Origin: Octopus sinensis
Lineage: Eukaryota
NCBI RefSeq assembly: GCF_006345805.1
Contig: NC_043004.1
Span: 91,760,001-91,824,000, forward strand
Reading direction: 5' to 3'
Length of the DNA stretch: 64,000 bases
Below, piece by piece: positions 52,367-64,000 of the stretch. The notes beneath the pieces were generated by a model. That model searched no databases and had not been told where the DNA came from. It worked only from the letters and a program-made list of their open reading frames with translations. The number at the start of each line of letters is the position of its first letter. Position 1 is the stretch's first letter. Made by a program: the position numbers and the translations under genes.

Positions 52367-53059
52367 TCCATAACCATATAATTTATCACAATAAGCACGT
52401 TACTCGAAGAAAGCCGACAGAATTTTTTTTAAAATGGACAATGTGTCTAGTTTCAGCATATTTGGCATTAGGAATTTTTTTCTTCTGCCCTTATTTATAA
52501 GTTGTTTATAAATTTAACCTTTAAAGGTATTTTTTAATATGCTGGCCATTGATAATTTTATTTTTCGAAAAAAAGAATAAAATTTTTATCCTATATTAGA
52601 TGTAAATTTAATAGTGTTCACTTCAAGACTATCTCACTCTGTGAGAGTTTCAGTTCGAATCGCACGTGTCTCGAATAGGCTGGAGAATTTCCAATTTGGA
52701 TATATTTGGGGTACTTAGTTGTGCTCATGACTTAGTGTTTGCTTCTTCCATGGGTATAAGTAAGTATTTCATTTATTTCTTTGCCGCATTTATCACTGAC
52801 GAAGGGAAGGTTCTTATGAACTAACTCTGAAATCGGGTCCGATATGATAATAAAGGAATTTTTTAGAAATTTCTGTCGGCTTCTTTCGGGTAACGTGCTT
52901 ATTGTGATAAATTATATGGCTATGGACAATGTGTCTAGTTTCAGCATATTTGGCATTAGAAACTTTTTCTTCTGCCCTTGTTTATAAATTTAACCTTTAA
53001 AGGTATTTTTAATATGCTGGCCATTGATAAAATTTTTTTTCCGAAAAATTTTTTTTATC

Positions 53060-53060
<1 letters not shown>
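52367..53060 (+). mobile_element. non-autonomous Penelope/retrozyme-like element: inverted tail + direct repeats + hammerhead
   Basis: 52367-52428 inverts ~52867-52930; ~52436-52600 directly repeats ~52923-53060; no ORF. Confidence 0.7.
52790..52850 (+). ncRNA. type I hammerhead motif, sense to the host intron
   Basis: TTATCA-CTGACGA-AGGG..CTCT-GAAA-TCGG-GT-CCGA-TA-TGATAA: 6-bp stem I, 5-bp stem III, predicted AUA cleavage after 52844. Confidence 0.75.
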
Positions 53061-53815
<755 letters not shown>

Positions 53816-53819
53816 TATA

Positions 53820-54205
53820 CTCTTTTTTACTCTTTTACTTGTTTCAGTCATTTGACTGCGGCCATGCTGGAGCACCGCCTTTAGTCGAGCAAATCGACCC
53901 CGGCACTTATTCTTTGTAAGCCCAGTACTTATTCTATCGGTCTCTTTTGCCGAACCGCTATGTAACGGGGACGTTAACACACCAGCATCGGTTGTCAAGC
54001 AATGCTAGGGGGACAAACATACACACACAAACACATATACACATATATATACATATATACGACAGGCTTCTTTCAGTTTCCGTCTACCAAATCCACTCAC
54101 AAGGCATTGGTCGGCCCGAGGTTATAGCAGAAGACACTTGCCCAAGATGCCACGCAGTGGGACTGAATTCGGAACCATGTGGTTGGTTAGCAAGCTACTT
54201 ACCAC
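53820..54205 (-). mobile_element. SINE family B copy
   Basis: Consensus match. Confidence 0.85.
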
Positions 54206-54721
54206 ACAATACTTATATACTTATATATGCCTAACTACCAACATATATATACATACATATATTCGTGTCTGTGTGCGTGTGTATATATATTGTTGTATTG
54301 AAGTATACACAAAAAGAATTAGACCTTAATATATCAAATAGAGGATAGTTTAATTAATTAGTACAATATCAGGATATACGGTAGATTGATGCCATAAAAT
54401 GGTACTCTAAGTTTCAGATAACCCACAAAAGTAGATTACCATCTTCAGCCACTGTATATAACAAAATTATATAGAAAAACAGAATTTTTTTTAAACGTAT
54501 CACCACGCTAAAATTCAAGGGGAGCAAATCATGTCAAATTGAAAATAACGAAACTAAATATCGAAGGGAAGTAACTCTTATATCTATATTGCATATATAT
54601 ATATAATGTGAGGAAGAAGTCGATGAAGTCTTTAAGTATTGCCTGGGGGTGGGGCAAACCTCTAGCAGGAATATTGTGATATGTGGACAAGTTCCAAAGA
54701 GATCGGACCTTGAATTTAAAC

Positions 54722-54895
54722 AGGCGTAGGAGTGGCTGTGTGGTAAGTAGCTTGCTTACGAATCACATGGTTCTGGGTTCAGTCCCGCTACGTGGCACCT
54801 TGGCCAAGTGTCTCCTACTATGGCCTCGGCATGACCAAGGCCTTGTGAGTGAATTTGGTAGACGGAAACTGAAAGAAGCCTGTCCTGTCGTATAT

Positions 54896-54927
<32 letters not shown>

Positions 54928-54970
54928 TTGTGTGTCTGTGTTTGTCCCCAACATCGCTTCACAGCCGATG
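54722..54970 (+). mobile_element. SINE family B 5' part
   Basis: Consensus match. Confidence 0.8.
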
Positions 54971-55148
54971 CTGGAAGCAATAAAAACGTGAAGTAGGGAT
55001 AGCCCACAACAGGACAGAAAATGCAGATTGTCCATAGTAAGGGAGGTGGCATCATAGCAATTCAATTATCTCAACCTTTCTGCTACAGGTAAAACACAAA
55101 TGTTAATAACGGTTATTCCCTCTTTTCTCTCTCTCTCTCTTTCTCCTC

Positions 55149-55187
<39 letters not shown>

Positions 55188-55223
55188 GTCTTTATTGAAT
55201 ATTTCTTCCTCTGTTTTCAACAG

Positions 55224-55352
55224 AGTGCTCTGAATATTGGTTTGGTAAAGACTGCAGCCAACAATGTAATTGTCGGAATATTACCGAGGTTTGTAATCCG
55301 GTCACAGGGGCATGTCGTTCTGGAATAAAAATAGTTGAAAATAAACCCAAAG
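55224..55352 (+). CDS. coding exon 5, second EGF-like domain (KCSEYWFGKDCSQQCNCRNITEVCNPVTGACRSGIKIVENKPK)
   Basis: ctgttttcaacag acceptor, GTAAGG donor, 129 nt, phase 1-1. Cys pattern C...WFG.DC...CNC......C...TG.C. Confidence 0.9.
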
Positions 55353-55429
55353 GTAAGGACAAACAATTACGTATCTTTATACAAACAACAATTATCTGTA
55401 AGCTGTCAGTATTATTATTACTGCTATAT

Positions 55430-58330
55430 AATAAGCCGGGCGAATTTCTTAACGGTATTTCGTCTACCGCTATGCGGCGAGCTGGCAGAATCGTTAGCAC
55501 ACCGGGTGAAATGCGTAGCCGTATTTCGTCTGCCGTTACGTTCTGAGTTCAAATTCCGCCGAGGTCGACTTTGCCTTTCATCCTTTCGGGGTCGATAAAT
55601 TAAGAACCAGTTACGCACTGGGGTCGATTTAATCGACTTAATCCATTTGTCTGTCCTTGTTTGTCCCCTCTGTGTTTAGCCCCTTGTAGGTAGTAAAGAA
55701 ATAGGTATTTCGTCTACCGCTATGCTCTTAGTTCAAATGCCGCCGAGGTTGACTTTGCCTTTCATCCTTTCGGGGTCGATGAAATAAGTACCAGTTAAGC
55801 GCTGGAGTCGATGTAATTGACTAGCTACCTTCCCCCATAATTTTCAAGGCCTTGTGCCTAGAGTAGAGATAATTGTTACTTCTATATAATGCTTGCAAAG
55901 GCGGTGAGCGGGCAGAATCTTTAGCGCGCCGAACAAAATGCTTAGCGGAAATTTGTCCTTCTTTAATTTTTGAGTTGAAGTTCCACCGAGATCCAATTTG
56001 TCTATCCTCCTTTCGAGATCGATAAAGTAAGTACCCATTAGCCCCTCTCTTAATCCTCAGGCCTTGAGCCTATTCTAGAAAGGATTATGTAAGGTAGCAA
56101 GCTCGCAGTATCGTTAACCCGCCGGGAAAAATACTTAGTGATATTTCTTCCGACTTTAAGGCGGCAAGCCGGGGAAAATGCTTAACGGCATTTCGTTCGT
56201 CCTCGCGTTCCGGGCTCAAATGCCGCCGAGATCGACTTCGCCTTTCATTTTCTCAAGGTAGATAAAATAAGTACCGGTTGATTACTGGGATCGAGGTAAT
56301 CAACTTACCCACTCCCCGGAAATTGCTGACCTTTTGCCAAAATTTGAAATCAAGATTTCTTCTGGCTTTAATTTCTGGGTTCAAATTCCGCCGAGGTCGA
56401 TTCTGCCTTTATCTTTTCGGGGCAAACTTAAGTAGATATATTCGACTAGCTCTCTCCACCAAGATTTTTGGCCTTGTGCCTAGAGTGGAACGAATTATTG
56501 ACTTTGTTGTCTAAGGCAACGAGTTACCAATTTTGTTAATGAGTTGAATAAAATTATTATCAACATATCCTTTGGCTCTTTACTCTCTGATTTCAAATTA
56601 AAACAGGCTCAATTTGATGGTCATCCTTTGGGATTGATGAAATAAATACCAGTCGAACACTGATATTGATGTAAACGGCTTAACACCTGCCTTAAATTTG
56701 AAAGAATTATCATTATTATGAATGCTTTTGTCTAAAGCTACGAGCTGACAGAATTGTTAGCGCATTGGACAAAATGCTTAGAGACATTTCTCTCGGCTCT
56801 TTACGTCAAGTGTTCAAATCCCGCCGAGATCAACTTTGCCTTTCATCCGTTCGGGATATATAACATACCAGTCCAGAGTGGTTTATGCAATTAGCGTAGT
56901 CCATCCACTGAAAATGTTGCTGGCTTTGTGCCAAAACTGAGAAAGAATTTGTTGTTTATGGCGGTGAATAGGCGATAATTCTTCCGCCGAAATAACTTTG
57001 CTTTTCGTTCATTCGTAGTTCATAAAATAATGCATCAACCAAATATTAGGGTTCAATTTAATCGACTGACCTCATCCCTGCAAAATTGCTGACCTCGTAC
57101 CTAAATCAGAAACTATAATTAGTGTTGATTTTTTAAGGGCTGAGAATTAGATTGGCTCTTTACATTCTGACTTCAATTCCTGCCGCGGCCAACTTTGCCT
57201 TTCATCTTTTAGTGCTCGACAAAATAAACTAGAAGTTGCGTGCCTGGATAGATTCAATCTACTGAGCCTATCTCCTTTCAAAGTTTTCTAATTATCAATA
57301 GTACTTATTATCATAACTTTTGTTACGGCGGCGAGCAGGCAGAAACGTTAGCATGCCGGGCAAAATGCGTAGCCGTATTTCGTCTACCGTTACGTTCTAA
57401 GTTCAAATTCCGCCTAAGTCGACTTTGCCTTTCATCCTTTCGGGGTCGATAAATTAAGTACCGGTTACGCACTGGGGTCGATGTAATCGACTTAATCCGT
57501 TTGTCTGTCCTTGTTTGTCCTCTCTGTGTTTAGCCCCTTGTGGGCAGTAAAGAAATAGGTATTTCGTCTGCCGTTACGTTCTGAGTTCAAATTCCGCCGA
57601 GGTCGACTTTGCCTTTCATCCTTTCGGGGTCGATAAATTAAGTACCGGTTACGCACTGGAGTCGATGTAATCGACTTATTCCGTTTGTCTGTCCTTGTTT
57701 GTCCCCTCTGTGTTTAGCCCCTTGTAGGTAGTAAAGAAATAGGTATTTAAAGGCGGTGAGCAGGCAGAAACGTTAGCGCGCCGAGCGAAATGCTTAGCGG
57801 TATTTCGTCTGCCGCTACGCTCTTAGTTCAAATTCCGCCGAGGTCGAGTTTCCCTTTCATCCTTTCGGGGTCGATTAAATAAGTATCAGTTACACACTAG
57901 GGTCGTTATAATCGTCTTAACCCGTTTGTCTGTCCTTGTTTGTCCCCTCTGTGTTTAGCCCCTTGTGGATAGTAAAGAAATAGGTATTTCATCTGTCGTT
58001 ACGTTCTGAGTTCAAATTCCGCCGAGGTCGACTTTGCCTTTCATCCTTTCGGGGTGGATAAATTAAGTGCCAGTTACGCACTGGGGTCGATGTAATCGAC
58101 TTAATCCGTTTGTCTGTCCTTGTTTGTTCCCTCTGTGTGTAGCCCTTGTGGGCAGTAAAGAAATAAGAAACGTTAGCACTACAGGCAAAATGGTTTGTAG
58201 TAGTTTGTCAGTCCCTATGTTCTCAGTTCTAATTCCGCCCCGGTTTCATTTTCCTTTCCTTCTTTCGGGGTCAATAAAATAGGTACTCGTTGAACTCTAG
58301 GTTCGATGCAATCGATTATACCCTCCTCGA
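55430..58330 (+). repeat. dense same-orientation cluster of SINE family A copies (>12, young and degenerate)
   Basis: The GTTCAAATTCCGCCGAGGTCGAC/TTTCATCCTTTCGGG motifs recur every ~185-235 bp; near-consensus at 57326-58170. Confidence 0.88.
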
Positions 58331-58464
58331 AATTGCTGACCAAAAAATGGAATAATTATTATAGTTGCTGTTTTTTATCTACCTAGCCCGCTCCATTACT
58401 CTTCTCTGATATAAGAAAAAGTGAATTAAAAGAACTTCATTGATGCTGTGAATCATTATCTAGC

Positions 58465-58850
58465 GTGGAGGCGCAATGGCCCAGTGGTTAGGGCAGCGGA
58501 CTCGCGGTCATAGGATCGCGGTTTCGATTCCCAGACCGGGCGTTGTGAGTGTTTATTGAGCGAAAACACCTAAAGCTCCACGCGGCTCCGGCAGAGGATG
58601 GTGGTGATCCCTGCTGTACTCTTTCACCACAACTTTCTCTCACTCTTACTTCCTGTTTCTGTTGTACCTGTATTTCAAAGGGCCGGCCTTGTCACTCTCT
58701 GTGTCACGCTGAATATCCCCGAGAACTACGTTAAGGGTGCACGTGTCTGTGGAGTGCTCAGCCACTTACACGTTAATTTCACGAGCAGGCTGTTCCGTTG
58801 ATCGGATCAACCGGAACCCTCGTCATCGTAACCGACGGAGTGCTTCCACC
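58465..58850 (+). mobile_element. SINE family C, TSD TTATCTAGC
   Basis: TSD at 58456-58464 and 58851-58859. Confidence 0.9.
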
Positions 58851-59240
58851 TTATCTAGCATACGCATTTCAGGCAGTATTAAATTCAAATAAAGATTTAC
58901 GTATAATTTTTTGTCCGTTTATGTTGGTGACTGAGGGCATATCCAAAAGGTCAAAATGCATCTGGCGTTCTCGCTGACCGCTGTTGGAACGAATTTTTAT
59001 CTCCCTCTGATGTATTTTGTTTTTAACTCAGCGAGTCCAAAATAGATGTCATCTCAGGACAAATACTGCATTGATTGGCCTATTGACATTGTGTATGCAT
59101 TTAGTATGATATATAGATTTTAATCGACTATTTTAATTGAAATACTCCCTCAATTGCATATACCGGTTACATACAAATATACATATATATATATATACAT
59201 TAAAATGAGGTAGTTTTGATGAAGCATTGTGAGGTATCGG

Positions 59241-59286
<46 letters not shown>

Positions 59287-59289
59287 ATA

Positions 59290-59387
59290 TAATTATAATT
59301 AAGGGTTAATTGCAACAAGTAGCTCAAAACCACATACCGGTATGAGGTTTTGAGCAATTTGTTGCAATTAACCCTTAATTATAATTA
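59290..59387. repeat. spacer-less palindrome, 49-bp arms
   Basis: Centre CATACC|GGTATG at 59338/59339; about 3 mismatches. Confidence 0.85.
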
Positions 59388-59484
59388 TTATAACCCTTAC
59401 CAAATATGGTCTTTTCCATACCGATAAATCTACTAGGTGAAATTTATTAATTTTATTAAATTAATTATATTCCACCCTTTTTGC

Positions 59485-59517
<33 letters not shown>

Positions 59518-59534
59518 TACATACATAATATATA

Positions 59535-59589
<55 letters not shown>

Positions 59590-59635
59590 TGCATATGTGT
59601 GTGTGTATCAATTTTATCTTATTTTTTTCTTTCAG

Positions 59636-59811
59636 TCTCCCCACGAAACGAAACGCCAGAGAAGGTCGCCCCCGTGGAACCTTCCTCCGCCGTCGTCGCT
59701 TTAAGTGTGCTGTTAGTTCTGTCATTATGCGTTATAATTGTATTAGGTATATTACTCATTCAAAAATCTAATTTTGTCAACCGATTTTCCATAACCCGCC
59801 TCCAGTTTTAG
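59636..59811 (+). CDS. coding exon 6, stalk + transmembrane helix + short cytoplasmic tail, TAG stop
   Basis: ttttttctttcag acceptor, phase 1 (G+TC=Val). Reads SPRNETPEKVAPVEPSS-AVVALSVLLVLSLCVIIVLGILLI-QKSNFVNRFSITRLQF*. TAG 59809-59811 is followed directly by GTAAGT. Confidence 0.85.
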
Positions 59812-59895
59812 GTAAGTATTCCCGTAGATATTTTCTTCTTTTTGTGGGTGAGGGTGAAAGAGCTTTGACTCTTTGAACTCGCGAGAACGCTTTAA

Positions 59896-60190
59896 CCCCT
59901 TACCCGGCAGAAACGAATATATGCGTTTTGACCGAATTCGTTTTTTTTCTATCTCTAGCGAGTTAACTCGTCAAAAGATAGACTCGCCAAAATCGACAGC
60001 AAACGAGTTCCTTCGTCTAAAAACGGGTTAACTCGTTTCTGCCCAAAGCGGTATTTTAAAATCAATATTATTGAATTAAAATTCATAATAAATAAGGTTT
60101 TAAATATACCTAGAAATCACCATTCAAAACATAGTAAAATAAAACAATTAAAAAATACATTTATTTTCAAAATAATTGTTGGGTAAGGGG
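59896..60190. mobile_element. piggyBac-type MITE (295 bp)
   Basis: TTAA at 59892-59895 and 60191-60194; perfect 10-bp TIR CCCCTTACCC/GGGTAAGGGG. Confidence 0.85.
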
Positions 60191-60260
60191 TTAACGGGTC
60201 CGATTTTGAATGACTCAAAAACGGTGACGACATTTTCCCTCTTTTTGTTTGTGTTTACAG

Positions 60261-60420
60261 CTGAAACTAACGATGCTTCTGACAATTAGCGAACTATAAA
60301 CAAGCCACATGCCTACCCGTTTTTGCACCTTCCAAGTATATAGCCAAACGAAATCAAACCTGCTAAAGCGTTCCCGCAGGCTAAAAGGGTTAAAAGTTAA
60401 TTCACGAAACAATTCCTGTA
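60261..60420 (+). other. putative downstream (3' UTR) exon start of the lectin gene; end not defined
   Basis: Strong acceptor cattttccctctttttgtttgtgtttacag ending 60260, 449 nt after the GTAAGT donor at 59812. Confidence 0.4.
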
Positions 60421-60694
60421 GTGAATAGCTAGACTAAATTGAACCTCAAACTCGCCATTTACTAGTGTGTTTATTCATCAACGAGCAAGCTCTCTCTGAA
60501 TTCAGTTACGTCACTTTATGTTCCCGAATCAAATACTTTAATGGTCGCATTTGTCGTCCGTCCGTTCTGGTTCCATAAAAATAAATACCAGTCTTGTACT
60601 AAATGAAATGTCATTAAGGGTATATTTCAGGTGAAAACTAAAATAGATTTTTTTTTTCTTCAAATAGACATTTAACATGAAACCAAATTTAAAA

Positions 60695-61590
<896 letters not shown>

Positions 61591-61969
61591 AAAATTAAAT
61601 TTAAGTTAACTGTTTGTTTGGAATTGCTCCTTGCTTTCTCTGCTGTGTTACTGTTGTTGGTATTTATCCTTGGGTCAGCATCGATCGGATAAGCATATAA
61701 TCAAAATCATTCCAGCCATGACAATACGGTTATTCATTTCCATACGCAATGTAACTAGGACTATATTTCCAAACTATTCTTCGCTATGTTTTTTAAACGT
61801 TGGTATGTAGTAGGGAGATGATTTTACTGCTATGTTTAGCAGGTCTTACAACCAGAAGAAGCTTTCTCGCTGACTCATTATCTCTTATTTTTTTACCTGG
61901 AAATTGACATAATTGATTAGCTCCTCCCCGAAAATTTCAGGCCTCATACTTATAGTAGAAAAAATTATT

Positions 61970-63030
61970 ATAATAATAATAATAATAATGAAATTATTGT
62001 ATACAGTGCTCAGGTGCACCACAACTTGTCAAAAGTGCGTATAAAGCACATACAATAATGTAGAAATGTCTGAAAAGTGAACAGTGTATGAGTCAGATAC
62101 ATGTTTGCGTGTGTATGGAGGGGAGAAAATCAGGTGCAGTGTTGACGAATCTCAGGAAGCATGGAAGTTTTGAAGGATGCAGTGCTCCTACAACTAACAA
62201 CTGATGCCGGCAGTTTGTTCCATGCTTCAGCAACTCTTAGCGTGAAAAAATGTTTCCGAAAGTCATGGGAGCTGTGCGGTTTTCTGACTTTGTAAACATG
62301 TCCACGGGTGTTAGACAGATGGAGTTTGAAAAGGTACTCAGAGTTATTGTTTGTAAGATAGTTAATAATTTTATTGGTGTCTATCAAGTCAGCTGCCAGA
62401 CGTCGGCGTTTCAATGTATCCATACCCAGGAAAGGAAGGCGTTCAGAATATGGCAAATGCCTGATGGAGGGTATTCTCTTGGTTGCACATCGCTGAACGG
62501 CTTCCAGACGATTAATATCCTGGGCAAGATAGGGGTTCCAGACCGGTGATGCAAATTCCAGGTGAGGTCGCATCATAGCTATATAAAGCCGCAGATAGAT
62601 AGCCGGAGAGCTGCTCGCAAAGGACTTGGTGAGTGATGCCAAGACACCCTCAGCCTTCTTGGCAATTTTAGCAATGCGTTTTGTTCAACTCAAATTGGTC
62701 AACAATAACAACCAGGTCACGTTCACACGAAGACTTTTTGAGATTAGTGTTGTAGAGGGAGTAGGTAGACGCTGGGTTTTTCCTCCCAAAATGCATGATG
62801 GTACATTTGTCCACAGCCAGCTTGAGTTGCCAGTCCATGATCCACTGCTGCATTGTGTCCAGGTCTGATTGCAATAGAGATCTATAGTGTACAGGATCTG
62901 ACCTCTTTATTTCGAGGTACAGCTTGAAGTCATCTGCATATTTCAGCACTGTGACATTCTTTAAGTTGGCATCTATGTCATTAACATATGCAACAAATAA
63001 AAGGGGACCAAGAACAGATCCCTGTGGTAA
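61970..63030 (-). mobile_element. CR1-like LINE 3' end (RT + 3' UTR + (ATT)n tail)
   Basis: LKYADDFKLY, RPHLEFASPVWNPY...LEAVQRCATKRIP, NTRGH..K, FFTLRV..AWNKLP. Confidence 0.9.
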
Positions 63031-64000
63031 GGCAAATGGAAAAAAAACTACAGCAATAAAGATGAAACTGAAAACAACAACAAAAATGAGACCACAGAAT
63101 TAAAAAAAAAAATTTTACATGAACTTCTTCATTCAACACACATGCGTGTCTTATGTCAGAGGAGAGGTATTACCCCTGTTTTCAGGGCCACCAAAGTTGG
63201 TGCGTTAAGAGAGGAAGTTATCTTTAGTCAGAAGATCCGAATGAAAAGTTTAAAATTGTGTGAAATCCACTAAAAGCATTCCAGGGGCAGATGATGGTGT
63301 GAAACTAGGCAACGTATTAAATTTCTTTCGGTCTCTTGTTTTAAAGGTTTCGCAATAAGAATCTAGCTTCAGCTGTTTAGAATATGTACCATTTCATTGG
63401 ATTAATGTAGTCCTAGTTACACTGTGCATAAAAATGATTGGATCGACAGTATTACCACGAATGGAACGCCGTTGATCACACGTTAGTCCGACTGCGGTTG
63501 ATTTAAGATAACATCTAAAACCAAGTATTGTTGGTTAGTTGCCACGTTCACCACTCAGCCGCAAGCCACGCGAGACTATACTGGAGTTTCTAGGTGGTCG
63601 GTTGACCTGCTAAAAATAACAATGATTCCTTCATGAAATTATTGGAAAGCTGTGTTGGGTGGTGTAATCTTAAGCAGAAACCTAAGAAGAGACGATGATC
63701 GCAGCTGGACGGTATTTGATAACAGGTCTATTTGATCTTGATCTGTCCGTTATGAATAACAGCAAAAATTGTCTCCCTTGTATGTTGAAATTTATATCTG
63801 TTGATGTAAAACAATTTTGATATTAATAAATATAGAAGTCTGATGTTGTATTTCTTTGCATAACATTACAGGTAACTACGGCTGTAAACCAAGCAACCTG
63901 AATTCCCAAAATGAAACTTTCCAGAATCATACCATAAGCTTCATAAATACTGTTATCAGCTGCAATACTCTCAGCAATAAGATGAATCCGTGATCGGCGG

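Noticed and set aside
55295-55325. Apparent frameshift in EGF exon 5
   Set aside because: Recount shows four G (GTC ACA GGG GCA TGT); the frame is intact.
55430-58330. Regularly spaced repeats resembling a CRISPR array
   Set aside because: Units are ~187-235-bp SINE copies with pol III boxes, with no unique spacers and no cas genes; the DNA is eukaryotic.

Overview
AT-rich, microsatellite-dense eukaryotic DNA. The repeat landscape (tRNA-derived SINE families, R4/Dong, HERO, Tx1 and CR1 LINEs, Penelope-like elements) looks like an octopus/coleoid cephalopod genome; this is inference, not verified. I found one host gene, missed by the ORF track because it is split over six coding exons (+ strand, 25503-59811, all introns phase 1, GT-AG). 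It encodes a 314-aa type I membrane protein: signal peptide - EGF-like - F-type lectin (FTP) - EGF-like - TM - 16-aa tail. Most of the remaining sequence is transposon debris. The most striking extra layer is a set of about 7 type I hammerhead-ribozyme motifs in Penelope-like/non-autonomous elements. Several have unusually long stem II inserts, and three lie on the sense strand of the lectin gene's introns. They come with large inverted repeats and one ~490-nt retrozyme-like unit. Most short ORFs in the supplied track are microsatellite or repeat artefacts. Repeat boundaries are by eye and approximate unless a TSD or TIR is quoted.
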